From positions 2,875,779 to 2,939,778 of the forward strand of contig MU058718.1 in assembly GCA_013265495.1 (NCBI GenBank): a DNA stretch of 64,000 nucleotides. The letters run 5' to 3'. The notes beneath the pieces were generated by a model. The model ran no database searches. It had not been told where the DNA came from and was given only the letters and a program-made list of their open reading frames with translations. This document shows positions 25,046 through 40,470 of this stretch, piece by piece. Made by a program: the position numbers and the translations under genes. This stretch comes from Vicugna vicugna (lineage: Eukaryota). Position 1 is the first letter of the stretch. Every line of letters starts with the position of its first letter.

Positions 25046-26099
25046 TTAGCTTAGGGGAGTCCTCAGACCAAGAACAAGTACAATTTCACACTCAGAATTG
25101 AGTGACTATAAAGTGCTGATAATTCTGATAGGAGCTCAATTTAAGACTGCATAAAAGCCAGTAAAATCGATCTCAGCAGGGTGGGGTGGGGGGAGGTTTA
25201 AAGTACTCAAAGACTTTTAAAGCTTCAAACACTACAGAAGAGTGCTACTCAAAGTGTAAGATGGCAGACCACTTCTTGTCTGCAAACTGTTATTGGTCCA
25301 CAGTGGAATAAGTTCAGGAGTTAAGAATAACCATTTAGATACTTTCAGAGCAATCTGACATTGCCAAGACACCCACTAATGTGATTCTGAACCTTGCATA
25401 AGTATCAGTATAAAAAATCTAGTCTTTCCCTACAGATAATTTCAAAAGCACTGCTAGAGAAATGGTTTAATAAATATACTTATGCTAATTGTTATTCATT
25501 TTATTTGTTCATCTGTTCAATTTGGCCTGTTGTTAGCTCTAACTGTAGAATACAATTTAAAATAAAATTATTCTTCTGAGAATTTCTTCCAAAACACTCT
25601 AAAATTTAGATTTTCATGGATGAAGATTGCTTTTCTCCATTTAGGCTGAATTAGATTTTACCATCTATTAAGAAAACATAGTAATCACTACTGGTTTGAT
25701 GATTTATACCCACGTAGCCTCTGATTGATAACTGTTCTCTGATTTAACATGTCAGTGTCAGTGCAGCTCTAACCCGGCAGTCAATGACACAGTGTTGGAA
25801 AGACCCTTTTTTTCAACTGCTAAACTAATACATAAAGGCGTGAGGTTACAGTTGGGCTACAGCTGTACAACTGACACAAAAATCACATTTTTGTGCTTTA
25901 GGTCAGAAATTTAAAACAAAGAAATGGTTTAGTTGCCTTATATTTTTAATACTGATGAGAAATAACACACTAGAAAAATGTTAAAAATTGAGACTGTGTT
26001 TACAGAATGTTAAATTGATACTATTTCAGAAACTGCTAACTACTGGACTAATTGGGGTTCTCAAGGGTCTTTTTTTAGGGGTTGCTTATATACTCACAA

Positions 26100-26224
26100 T
26101 TTATTTATTTTGGGGGGAGGGGAGGTAACTGGGTTTATGTATTTATTTTTAATGGGTACTGGGGACTGAACTCAGGACCTTGTGCATGCTTAGCAGGCAC
26201 TCTAGCACTGAGCTATACACACCC
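26100..26224 (-). mobile_element. Camelid Vic-1-type SINE, more diverged copy
   Basis: Minus strand gggtgtgtatagctcagtgctagagtgcctgctaagcatgcacaaggtcctgagttcagtccccagtacc, homologous to 4779-4907. Confidence 0.85.
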
Positions 26225-29200
26225 TACTTCAAAGGCCTGCTAATGGATTTATCTGTCTTGTCTCTTGGTTAAGTAAAAATACTTGCACTCTCAATGTCTG
26301 AATCCAGCTCTGAAGGATCATCACCACAGGCTTCCCCAGAGAGGCAAGGAATACCAGCAGAAAGAGAAGACACGCATTCCAGGATGCAAAATGGAAAAAG
26401 TGCTTGGACAAGGTTGTGTGCAGGTTTCTGAGCTCCAGCCTACTCGTGCCAATTCTAAGGAATCAGGACGAAATACAAAGGACAGTGTGAGTAGCCACAC
26501 AAAAGCAAGCTGGAATCAGACACCAGAGCCTAACACTCATCACTTCAACAAAAGTGCATCCAACTACATCCAATATTTGAGGGCTAGACTGGGTTCCAAT
26601 GATTCCTGTTTTCTGAAGACAATAGGAGCTGAGATGAAGATGAAGTGCTAAAGGGGTCTGCAAAATCCTCACAATTTCTATTCACTGTAGTGTCCATACA
26701 ACAGCCACGTGGTCCTTGGAAGGATGGGAAGTGAGGAGAAAAAGTAAAAAAAAAAAAGTCTTAAAGAGTGTTGGAGTTCTAAGACAACTGGGAAATGTGA
26801 ATCTAATGATTTAAAAGCTTTTCTACCTCTTTACAAATAGCCCTTTTACCCCCAAATTCCTGATAGATTTGAAGTCAATTATAGCTATTCTAAACTCACA
26901 AGCATTCTCACTAGAAGATTCTGCCAACTTGTTTTCTACCTAATAGGAGCCTAGTGTGAATTACGTCCTATCCACGGGGCAGTGCAGCCTTGGTGTTCCA
27001 CGTGCTCGCTTCTGTCCCCACCCGAGTTCTTAATCACTTAGATCCTCTGCCAACATTTAAGAAGCTTCACATCACTCAGTTACAAAATAAGAGAAACAAT
27101 GAAGTAATTCTGAAATTTATTCTAAGAAATGCAAAATGCAACCTCTCACCCCCTAGTAACCACTGGTGTCAACGGTGTAGATCATCAGCACACCACTGCT
27201 GTACTTCCTTTGTTGTGAAAGCCCAGGCTACCAGGATTTTCACATGCTATTTTGGAATATAATGCATCAATGTGACCTCGTGACATATGACCTAAGAAGA
27301 AGCCCCAGCTATTGAACAAAGCTGGGTTAAAGAAATTTTTTAATGACACAAAGCATTTTTTATCCATCTCTTCTTAACCCTGTAGGATTCTTGCAATCAT
27401 TTTTTATTATAAAATGTGAAAAACATTTCAATCAAGATGACTCTAAATGAAACTTAATTAAAAATAAAGATTCTTTTCATGCTTTTTTTTGGCTAATTTT
27501 GAGAAAATTTTTTGTTGTTGTTGTTGTTAAAATGATGTAGTCCTTATGTATGGGTGAGGTAACTGGATTCAGGCCAAGGTTAGCCCAGGGAAACTTAGTT
27601 TCAGGCTTTCTTTAGATGTGGAGGGATCTCTCAGTAGAAGAAACTAAGGATGTGGAAGGAGGAAAAAAGCCATCCACCCCAAATCTATCTACACATATCC
27701 ACGTAAATGATCCATCTACACCTGTGTCATTCCTGCAATGCTCTTACTCACACAAGCCCCTAAATGCACGACACTCCCCTCTTAAGAACTCAACGTTCTT
27801 TGTAATTTTGCTTTAAAACATATAGAGGAGTTTCATTCATTCTTTCAGGGTCTAAAGGGCTCCCGTTAAGGTCACCTAAACAAGAATTTACTAAAATGCT
27901 GTTGGCAGAGAGCTTCTGAAATAAATGAACTTCTCAAGATGCCAAGTCGGCCACTCAGAAATGAAGCCAACTTGGCAGATGATGGGCTCTGTGCCCAAGT
28001 CACCTATTCTCACAAAATTCCTTGGCGCTTCTGTCCTGTTTGAATTCTTACTATTCACGTCGGCGTCAGAGAGATATACGCATTTGTTACCCTGATGAGT
28101 CATCCTGAGGAGAACTGGCAGTCTGTCAGCCGAGGAAGCCCACACACCTGACAGACCAATTCTCTCCTAAGACAGATGCACATTGGTGGCGAACAGTAGA
28201 AAATGATTCATGTTCTAATCGCTACTTAAATTACAGTGGCATCTCCAAACTGGGTCTCATTTAGATTGAGAGACAGCTTTTGAGAGAACTCAATCAGACA
28301 CAAATTTCTATAAGGGTTTTTACTTGTAAGAGGGGACAGGTATTTGTCTTGTATCTATAGGAAAAGTGAGGTCTGAGAGGCCAAAATTTGTTTCTGACAA
28401 GGACCTAAGATATGAATCTGCATCCTAATGTGCATGCAAATATCCCAAATCAATTTGAATTACCAAAAATTACAACATAAATTTGCAACAACAACAAAAA
28501 AATGAAGACAAACCCCCCCCCAAAATGTGCAAAGTAGCATTTTGGGGAGTCAGAAGTTGGAATGTGTTCAATGGAATATCCAAAGGGCACTAAAACTCAA
28601 GATAAAGGGCTAATCATTAGGTTAATACAGTAAAATTGAAGTCTGCTGTTAGAAGCCCCCATCCCTGTCTTCCTCTGCTTTATCATGTCCCCCTTTTCTG
28701 AAGCCCCAAATGCACTGCTCTATTCTGTGTCTCAGCAAAACTCCCACAGGACTATCTGACAAAATCCTTAATTGTAAACTTCTCTCTCCTTTGTTTGTCA
28801 TCTGTGCTGAGCCAGACGTGGGGGCCTGCAGCAGTCAATGGGAGGCTGGAGACATTCTGTGACCCACCTTTATGGTCACTGTAACCTAAGGAATAATCAC
28901 ACTGGGAGGAATTCCAGATAGCCTGTGGATAACAGCACAAGGTGGAACAGGGAATAAACAAAGCTCTGAGATGCAGATAAAAGTTGATATGCAGATAAAC
29001 CTTGGCCTGCACCTTCCTACAGTGGCTTTTTATAAGGATTTTCAAGGCAAGTATGGGCAAATTTAAAGAGACTGTCCTCAAGAGGCTGCCAAATGACAGG
29101 GATAACCTCAGACATTAGGACCAGGTGCTGTGGGAGGTGGGCCTTCAGGCCTTCCCCTGCCTTACAGGACAGCCTTGGGATGTAAACAGCAATGCTGCTG

Positions 29201-29287
29201 GGAATCTGGAGAGGCCCAGTTCCCAAGTCCCACTCCTCAGGAGACTAAAGCCCCAGTTCCTGGCAGCTTAGAGGAAGGGGCCCCTCA

Positions 29288-29554
<267 letters not shown>

Positions 29555-30509
29555 TTAGTAAGGAAAAACTACAGGTTCAGAAATAAGTGTGTAAAGCTCC
29601 AAGTAAAATTCTCTGAGGGATAAATTACTGTTTTCCCTTTCAAAAATGTCAAAGGGTTACCAAAAACTCAGGGAAGTGCCAAGCCAGGGTCTGCTGGTTC
29701 CATCTTTGGTTTCACTGGCTGGCCAAGCCATTTACATAATGGAGAAGAGAAGGGCCCATCATGAAAGCATCCTCAGGTGTAATCCCAACACCCTAACTCA
29801 GCAAACAAGACGACTCATTCTAGAAGGGTAATGCACTCAAATATTTGTTCAACACTTACAATATACCAAATGTTGTGCAAGGCCCTGAGAAAATAACAGC
29901 ACATAAGACAAAGTTCCTACCCTAGTGTTGTGATATTTTGGTGGGAGGGATGGTAAAAAGCATGTACAATAATAATTGTTTACGATAAATTGTGGGAAGG
30001 AAATAAGTAAGGAGTTATGGCAGTGAACAATACAGGATACCTATTTAGTGTTTAGGAAAAACGAAAAGCTCTCCAGTTGGATAAAAGAGAGAACTGGAAG
30101 CCAGAGGGCCGGTTGGAAGGAGGAGACAGGTGGGAGGAAGAAGAGATGTTAAGTAGAAGAACTATCTCTCCATCAGTAGAGGTATAAGGAATCTCATTCC
30201 TTAGGTCTGGGATCACTGACCTAAGGCGCTAAGTTGAGGGTGAGGATTCAGCAAAGTTCCTTACAGTTATGGAATATGACAAATTCCTTTAACTTTCCTG
30301 ATAACAAATAGGGCAGCAGCACTACAGAAAGGAATAGTCTCAGCCAGAGAGGAGAGGCAGAGCAAAGAGGGAGGCGTATTTTAACTACACACTTCCAGTC
30401 AGTACAGAGCAATATGGGTTTGTGTAATTCAGAGAGGGATGGAATTTTTCACTCTGGGTTTTCTATTGCAAAAGGAACCCCTAGGGGATCTCAATGCTAG
30501 AATGGTTAT

Positions 30510-30826
30510 AACTTACACTTAATGAGCACTAAGCATGTATTAACTCATTTAATCCTCACAAGTCTCTGGGGGCATGTTCAATTATCCCCATTTTGGAAAG
30601 AAGAGACCAAGACACAGAGAGATTAAGTAATTTGCCCAAGGTCACACAGCTAGGTGAGGCTGTAAGAAGAATCATCTGGGATGTCTGCTGAAATAGACTC
30701 CTGGTCTCCACCCCAGGCCGACTGAATCATAAATCTCTTGGAGGACAAGGATAAGGCCCAGAAATCTGTATCTTAAACAAGTTCCTCAGATGAGGCTGAT
30801 GCACAAGCAGATTTAGGAACCACTGG
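30510..30826. mobile_element. MIR (minus) followed by a MER5-like element
   Basis: attaagtaatttgcccaaggtcacacagcta; then gaaatctgtatcttaaacaagttcctcagatga...ggaaccactg. Confidence 0.7.
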
Positions 30827-31904
30827 GTCCAAGACCCTTAAAAAAGTCAATTTCTATTAAATGCATTTTATCACCACTTAACTGGGGACATGAAAGGGGC
30901 AAGTCAGGTAATAATTAGCTCATTTTCAAATAGATCCAACCCTTTCACAAATAGCTTGAACTAGAGTGAGGAGGAGGCAGGTCAGGTACCATTCAATGTA
31001 TGAGTAAAGTGAAATCAGATTGAACTGTGCCCAAGTAATTAAAGTAATGTCAAGACAGAAACAGGTCTTTTGACTCACAGGGCAGTGTGGATGCTCTTTG
31101 GCAACTTTATTTATATAGGCCATCCTCCTGAAACAAAGAAGCACATGTGTCCTAATCCTTACCTTTCTCCTTTCTTTGTATATTTCTTCCCATAATTTCT
31201 GAACAAAGTGAAATTATGGGTTTTACTGATCACTTGATATACATACTATTAACTGTAATTCTTTGAACACTCCCCCAAAATGGATACAGCTACCAAAGTA
31301 GACAAATAGCTGGGAAAAATCAAGAATGTGCTCCAAAAAAAAGGAAGTATATCATTCTCAATAATCTAAGACTCTTCCTGTTATGAACTGCAGTCTTTTC
31401 TTTATAATGGTGAGTCTCAAATAGACATCAATAGAAACATCTTTTTATATCATTCTTTATTCTTTGCTCAAAAGAAGTTAACTTCTGAAAGAACTGGACA
31501 ACCCCCATGCTACTAGTAATTTACCCTCTGAGTACAGCTTTCTGCTTCCTAATTCCTTTGTTGTAGGCTTTTCAAAACAATTCGTTTGGTGAATTCATCA
31601 TAAACTTTTCTCATCACATTTCTTCTGCAAATAGAATAACTTAGGGTAGAGTGGTGGAGACTAGATACAAATTAAAATTAGTCATTTCTTCTGCTAAATA
31701 AAAGACTCTTTGATTTTAGGGTCACTACTGATAAGTGGCAAGGATTATAATTACAGCACATGCATAAGAACATAAGAAAGCTAACTATCTTCATCTTCAA
31801 TTTTGAAAAAAAACATCAACTTTGGTGCCTGAAATAATATTGATTTAAAAAAACAAAACAATAAAATCCCACAAAAACAAACAACTGAGTATTTTAGTAA
31901 GTTA

Positions 31905-31997
<93 letters not shown>

Positions 31998-32872
31998 TTA
32001 TGACAGTTACTTATAACTCTTGTAAGTAATGCACGTAGAGTTACTGAGGAAACTGACAGACATTCTAAAATAGCTCTAACTTCTTTCCCAGAAAACTAAA
32101 ATATAGTAATTAAAATCTGAAAGAGGTCCCCAATTCTCTTTGGAGACATGCAGACAGTAATTAAAAGAGAAGCGATACAATTCTGTCGCTTTTGGTTCCT
32201 GAGTGACTGCATTAACTGGCCCTTGCACGGCAATCTTTTCCCGTTTGGCCTAGCCCTAAATTTAAATTAAAAAAGTCCAGAAGACTCAGGCATTCAAGAG
32301 ATGAGATAAGGCACTCAGACTTTCATAATTGGATATTTTGCCTATGTCAAAGATAAGACATCCTTATATTCTCCTAGGTCTCACAGAGAGAGGTATGCTC
32401 TCTCCCCCGTTTATGACTGTGGGTAACACCATCCCACCCGCAAAAGAATGACAGCTACTACATATTCAAGGAACAAGTTTTACTGGAAAAGTGTAACGGA
32501 AATTAGAATGTCTGGTTGGGCATTGTATTAGAAAGTCTTTTTTCTTTCCACAGTTATAGATGTGCCAGATGATAAAAAGGATTATTAGAAATCAATGACA
32601 TGCAAAGAAAAATATTTGGATATTAATGATCTGTTAGTGATGAATGTGGGCCAATCGTTGGCTTGCTATTTCCTGTTCTGGAGGACTTATTAGCGTCAAG
32701 GACCTGACTGCTCCACCTCATCTGTCCCGCATCATCCATGTCTGTGCTAGACAAATAGAAAGTAATGACCAATCCATGGTTGGAAGTGGGCCAGTGAACC
32801 TACTGCAGAACCAGACAGGCACACTGTCAAAGTAGGGCAGAGTGGGTGCCATTTGACACTTACTTCTCATTA

Positions 32873-32980
<108 letters not shown>

Positions 32981-34429
32981 CTACCATAATGAACAACTCA
33001 GCACCAAGAAAAGAGATAGAAAGATAAATTTTAGGATTAGAAAGCTTTTGACTTAAAATGACTTTGCTTGTGTTTCTGTATCCCTCTTTTTTCTATAAGA
33101 TTTAAGAAAATCATGGGCACATATTAAATCAATAATGGTTATTTTCTACTTTTTAAATCTCTGAAATTTCAAAATATTAGTGTTCTCACTATATTATATA
33201 CACTTTCATATCTGACAATATGTTAAATATTTGCATTATTGAGAACTCCAATAAGACTACTTTGTGCTTTTACACCATTTTTTTAACCTTCTATCTTATG
33301 CTTAATCTTTTCTCATATGTTAGAATCTTGAGCATAATGTCATAGTTATATTCTGAGATATACTAGACGTTATGGTTTAAAATTGGGTAAACCTCCCAAC
33401 TCTGAAACCGAAGTTAGAGGCAAGCCTAAACAGTTAATGCTCTCTCATGAAGATAGCTAATAAAGCATTATATTCAGTTGGTTTGGAACAAAAATACTTA
33501 TGTTTTAGAAGTTCAATTATCACTTGCCAATATGATATACATTCTACCAGCTAAACCATAAACTAAAAAAATATACTACAATGAACATAAGGAAAAAAAC
33601 TGTACAATTAAGAATGCATTCTGAACTTGGCCACATCTTTTAAGTGCTCATCTGTAATAGGTGGATATAAGGTTAAAGTTCAAAATAGAAAATAAATACA
33701 AGTGCTAAGTAACTAAAATATTTTCATTATGAGATTTCTCAATAAAAATAATATATGAGTATGTGCAGATCTTTACTACACTTAGTGCCAGTCTTTGCAT
33801 GAATATGGAAAGAAGTATTTCTTAGAAAACACATCCTCACCTGGCATGGTCAAGAGAAGACACAGCCTATTTTCACTATTCAGGCTGTTTTCTAATATTC
33901 TTTACATCAATAAAGGTACATACAGTACAGGTTTAACAGAAGAAACCAATCCATCACTATGAATTTAGGCCAATTTCCCTTTCCAGGCTGTTCTGATTAC
34001 TTCATGAAATAAGACTGTGCTCATAAAAATGCTGTTGTGTGTGTCTGAGCTGTATTACTGGGAAAGAGGCACAGCAGTTTTATTTTCTTATGTTTCCTGT
34101 CTTCTGTCTTCCTATCTCCATTTTATAAGCAGGCATTTTATAAGCAGGCCTTAAAGGAAGCAGTTTTAATGGCTGCCACTTGATTTCTTCAAAGAATGAA
34201 AATTCTGCCCGTAAGGAAACAATATATCTATTTGCCCACCTCACTCAGTTCATTATTATTGATCACCTTGTTTTAAGCACTCGAGAGTAATTCTCTATGC
34301 CATGTAAAAGTAACACACTTGGAGCAAATTCGAAAGATTCATTTTTACACAAAAGATGAACTGCAGATACCTACCTCACTAAAGGATTCTTAATGAGATT
34401 CCTTAAAATACCAAGCTTCTCTAGCAAAT

Positions 34430-35760
34430 AAAAAGCAACTAACATTTACTGAGTATTCTCTACTGTGCCAAGCACCCCACCTGGTTATTTCAGATTCATC
34501 GTCTTGTGGAATCTTCCCAGCCCACAGATACAGACTCATTCCCACTGAACAGCTGCCCAGGGGTGTAGTTACAGTAGCCTCGGGTCCGAGCAATGGTGAG
34601 CGCTGATGCAACGTTTCTAACTGATACCTGATTCCAATGTATCGTTCATACTTCTAATATATTTCCAAATATAAACTAATGGTAAAAAAGTCATTTATTT
34701 GCATTTTCTCATATAAATTGAGGTGTCACAGTGAACTCTCTTAAAAGAAAAAAGATCTCAGTTTTCTAGGAATTTAGATGAAGAGATCTTGCTGAACTCT
34801 ATGCCTTTCAAAAATGACAGGGCATTATCAATGCATCTCTTGGGTATGGAAGAGAGAAGAAATAACATCCTTTGCTCTCTTATTAAGTTTTTTGAACCAG
34901 TCAGGAAAATTACCCAGCAATATAGCCAAACTACAGTCCAGTCTCTAATGGTCTAGTTATGCTAATCTTATCACAAAGGGTGTAGGAGAGATAACAAACC
35001 TACTAACAACCACGATAATGGTAACACAGCAACAAGTTTAACATCTTGCTTAACAGGTGCTGGGCACTGTTTTAAGCACTTTTCACCCATTAATTCCATT
35101 AGTCTTCAATAAACCTCAGAGGCTGGTAATGGAACATCCCCACTCATCTATGGGGAAAGGCAAAGTCACATGCCTAAGGTTACAGAATAAGAGGAGAAGC
35201 TAGGATTTAATCCCAGCAAGTTAGGTACAATAGCCCATTCTGAACCACCTCATCCTATTTGGTTTGAGAATACGTATACTTTTGAGTACTTAAGTGGGAA
35301 TTCAAGAGTTCTTGCCACAGAAGTGATACTTGTGAAATAGGGAGAGGAGTGGGGGGGGCGGGGAGAAAGAGAAGACAGGGCATGATAAACAGTATTGTAA
35401 GTGCCACCCTGAAGAACCTGGTCCCAGTTATTATTGGGTATGTGACCTCTGATTCAGCACAGAAAAATGAGGCTAGAGACACAAAAACACAAAACACAAG
35501 GACACAGGACAACGAGAGTGACAAACTTGAGAGAGTCTGGGAAGCATGGAGCTCAGCAGTGTAAGCACACAGCCTCTCATCAAGTTGACCCGAGTAGAAC
35601 CCTGGCTCTTACTAGTGTTGTGATCTTCGGTGCGTATCCTGGTCTGTAAAATGAACACTATAGTTCCTATCTTAGAGAGCCATGAGAATTTTTTAAAAAA
35701 GGGTAAACTTGCCCCAGAAACACAATACTCAATAAACGCTAGTTGCTGTGATGATGTTCT
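34430..35760. mobile_element. Three MIR fragments (~34430-34650, ~35030-35250, ~35545-35760)
   Basis: aacatttactgagt..ctactgtgccaagc; gcctaaggttacag; ctgtaaaatg...actcaataaac. Confidence 0.6.
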
Positions 35761-36108
35761 TATTACTAATGGATATAATGCAGGTATGGCTTCATTCCTA
35801 GGAGTATTAAAACTTACTGACCAAACAAGTTGCAACTGTTACTCCCCAAGGCAGAAATGCAGATTTGGGAAGGAGGAAAATAACTATTTCATAATCAGAT
35901 GCACAATTTACAGCCACTTGTTATCTCAATATTAGAACCATTAAGAAGACTCCATCCCACTCCTAGGCCTGAGGAGAAGCGTCACTGAGTCCAAGATTGA
36001 CCTATGGTGACAAAGAGCAGTTCAAATGAAACTCTTTTAAAAGCCCATTAAAAAAAAAAAGAAAAGAAAAAAGAAAAGACAACTGTAAATAAAAGCTCTT
36101 TCTGATCA

Positions 36109-36483
<375 letters not shown>

Positions 36484-37544
36484 CTAATACTAGAAGTTAG
36501 AGTCAATTTAGCTATAATACTCCATATCTAAGAAGAAAAATCACAAGGAATGGGAAAAGTATGTTTTCTTGGTTTTCAAATCATGAACAACAACAAAAAA
36601 AACAGATCAACTTGCAAAATTTGGTACACATCATTGTTTATACTTGCAAAATTACTAGTGTCATGAAATACAACCACTGTCAGCACGTCTTAAGGTTCTG
36701 GATCCTACTTGAATCTTCTAAAATTACAGCCACAGAGTGGGAGGTTCTAAATGTTAATCCAAAGAAGGCAGCGGACTGAGAGGAATTCTCAGAAACACTT
36801 CTGTCTTTTGCATAAGAGGCTGATACGAACACTCTGTTTGAATACTATGAGAAAAGAATTTCACCCAAATATTCATTATAATTCACTGTGACTTCAGTTT
36901 TCACCGGTAAGTAGTCTAAGATTTTAGATATCAAGAAATATAGCATCCAGTAGCTGCAGGCTAAAAGAAAGGTGTTGATAAGTTAAAAGTTTTAGATGAT
37001 TTCATTAAGATCATAAAATAAGGAAAGAACTACACAAAGTAAACAAAAAGCATTTTAGTGCTTAAAAGGATCAGAATTTTAAAATTAGAGAATTTTTAGT
37101 TTTTTAGCAATGTTTTTACAGACATTGATACTTTGTTTCTTCCCATGAATGTTTTAAGGAGAATTAAACATGAAGTATTAGATAATAATCAAGTTTTGCT
37201 GAGAACTCAAGTCACAGATGTTTCTTTCTAGACTCCGTTCACATGGAGATCATTTAAATCAGTGCTTATCAACCTTTTTCAGGTCAAAGAAACCATAGAA
37301 AATAATACTTGTAAGGGCAATAAAGTAGATGGTTTTGGGGATGGCAAGGGTCAAAGAAGCTAGCATCTCAGTCAGATGCCATGGCACACTAATTGGGAAG
37401 CTCTGATTCAAATGACCAAGAGTCAGTGGGCACCAGATGATAACTAGGAATGTAAATGCAGGCTAATTTTGGTCCAACAGACATTGATATGTAATAGCTT
37501 AACACATTTCGTGGTTTCTCTTCAACAACTGAAGCACTGTCAAT

Positions 37545-39100
37545 CAGTGAAAAAAATTTATATTGAGCACCGTGATGTGAAATGCTGAAGAAACAGAAAA
37601 GTCTAAGTTTATGCCTGTCCTCTAGAATATGCTAAGAAACATTTTGTTTTACTGGGGGCAAGAGACAAACAGAGCACTTGAAAATAAAATACTTATGTTC
37701 AGGGTCTGATAGAACCCAGGGGAGGGGCACTGGGCACCCAGACAGTCTGCCCTGGGAACCACACCTGAACAGAGTCTCAGAGGACGAGCAAGAGTAAGCC
37801 AGGTAAAACAGGAGGTGGCTTCACCGGCTGAAGGAGCTGCAGGAAGAAAGGCCCAAAGTGTGAAACACCTCAGTAGGTGTAGAGATGCGGGAACTGCTAG
37901 ATGTTTCTAGAGCATAACGTTCAAGGTGCGGGACAACCAGAAAGGAAGCTGGAAAGGCTAGCTGGGACCACATCCTGGGAAGTTCCGAGGTCATGCTTGG
38001 GAGCCTGGGCTTCACTCCGCAGGTGAAGGTTTAAATCAGAGGCAAAATCAACCCCTCTGCAAGCCATGGAGTGAAGACTGAAGCAGGGGCGACTCTCCAC
38101 AGGAGTGCTGATGGGAATTGGAACCCAGGAATGAGAAGCAACGAGAGGGAGAGGGCGCTAAGCATTTAGGAAGTTAACAGCAACCAAAACACAAGGGAAT
38201 TTTACTTCTTAAGCTGGGGGATGAGGAACCGAGTGTTTCTGTTAGAGGATGTTCTGGTTGACTGGACGTGGCAGGGAGAAAGAAGGGTGACGAGGAAGGT
38301 CCTGTGTGACTCTTCTGGGTAACCAGGTGGACAGCAGTGCCTCTAGCTGAGGTTGGGAACGCACAGAACTGAGGTGGGAAGATGAACCTGATTTGGGACA
38401 TTTTGAGTTTGAGGTGCCTGTGGGTAAACAGCCATCTCACAGGCACAGGGCAGAGAAATGGATTTGGGAGGTGTTAGCACATAGGTAGTTGTTAGAAAGC
38501 ACTAATTTGGATGAGATCTCCTGGGATGTGGGTGATTAAGTATCAAATGTAGTAGAGAAATTCAGGAAAAGAAGTGAGATGTGTCCACCGGATTAGGCAA
38601 TTTTAAGGTCACTGGTGACCTTAGAGACAGCACCATGAGTGGAGGGAGCAGTGAGGAAAGAAGGCAGATGGGTGTGGGTTGAGGAGTACATGTCAGAGTA
38701 AAGAAGCTAAAAAATCAAATATACATCACTTTTACAAGAAGTTTTACTGAGGACGGAAGGTAAGAACGGTAGCTCTTATGTCCCTCCCTCTCTCTCTGCC
38801 CTGAGGATGGGGAGGTGTGAACCAAAGTCTGTTCCAACTGAAGCAGAGTTCATTTGAGCAGAGACTAAAGATACAGAAGAGAGACATCTCAGCAGAGACC
38901 TGGAGAAGAATGGGAAGTCCTATCAACAGGGTGGGGTGGAGAGAGGACAGCTGAGACTGTTGGTGCTTGAATAACCTGTTTTCTTGCTGAAGTTAAGGGG
39001 GTGGCTCCTCTCTTGAGAGTGAAGGAGATGACAGTCAGAACAAGGAGTTGACTTATGTTCGTTTCTTCAACACAGGAAAAGCTGTGAATTATCTCACCTT
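37545..39100 (-). mobile_element. Long L2 fragment
   Basis: tattgagcacc 3' end; minus translation HRHLKLKMSQIRFIFPP resembles the L2 RT C-terminus HLKLNMSKTELLIFPP. Confidence 0.75.
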
Positions 39101-39115
39101 TTAAAGAGCAACAGC

Positions 39116-40470
39116 ACAGCAGCATGTAAAGCAATGAAGCTAGAACACTCCCTTACACCATACACAAAAATAAACTCAAAATGGATCCAAGACTTAAACA
39201 TAAGACAAGATACAATAAACCTCCTAGAAGAAAATATAGGCAAAACATTATCTGACATACATCTCAAAAATGATCCTATGACACTCAAGCAATAGAAATA
39301 AAAGTAAGAATAAACAAATGGGATCTAATTAAACTTACAAGCTTCTGCACAGCAAAGGAAATCATAAGTAAAACAAAACGACAGCCTACGGAATGGGAGA
39401 AAATTTTTGTAAATGATGAAACAGATAGAGGCTTGATCACCAGAATATACAAGCAGCTCATACAACTTAATAAGAAAAAAACAAACAACCCAATCTAAAA
39501 ATGGGCAGAAGACCTAAACAAGCAATTCTTCAAGGAAGAAATACAAATGTTCAATAGGCACATGAAAAAATGCTCAATATCACTAATTATCAGAGAAATG
39601 CAAATCAAAACTACAATGAGGTATCACCTCATACCATTCAAAATGAATGGCCATCATTCAAAAGTCCACAAATGACAAATGCTGGAGAGGCTGTGGAGAA
39701 AAGGGAACCCTTCTACACTGCTGGTGGGAATGCAGGTGCAGTCACTGTAGAAAACAGTATGGAGATTCCTCAAAAGACTAGGAATAGACTTACCATATGA
39801 CCCAGGAATCCCACTCCTGGACATATATCCAGAAGGAATCCTACTTCAAAATGACACCTGCACCCCAATGTTCATAGCAGCACTACTTACAATAGCCAAA
39901 ACATGGAAACAGACTAAATGTCCGTCAGCAGATGACTGGATAAAGAAGCTGTAGTATATTTATACAATGGAATACTATACAGCCATAAAAATGACAACAT
40001 AATGCCATTTGCAGCAACATGGATGTCCCTGGAGAATGTCATTCTAAGTGAAGTAAGCCAGAAAGAGAAAGAAAAATACCATATGAGATTGCTCATATGT
40101 GGAATCTAAAAAAAAAAAGAACATAAATACAAAACAGAAATAGACTCATAGACATAGAATACAAACATGGTTGCCAAAGGGGGGGGTGGGAAGGGACAGA
40201 CTAGGAGTTCAAACTTTGTCGATACTGACAGGCATATGCAGAATAGATAAACAAGATTATACTGTATAGCACAGGGAAATATATACAAGATCTTGTGGTA
40301 GCTCACAGCAAAAAAAAATGTGACAATGAATATATGCATGTTCATGTATAACTGAAAAATTGTGCTCTACACTGGAATTTGGCACAACATTGTAAAATGA
40401 CTATAACTCAATAAAAAAAAGTTAAAAAAAAAACAAAAACAAAAAAATTTAAAAAAATGAAAAAAAAACA
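39116..40470 (+). mobile_element. Relatively young 5'-truncated L1 (ORF2 C-terminus, 3' UTR, poly-A), antisense to FRMD6
   Basis: Translates as [33 protein letters not shown]; frameshifted further on; A-rich tail 40410-40470. Confidence 0.92.
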
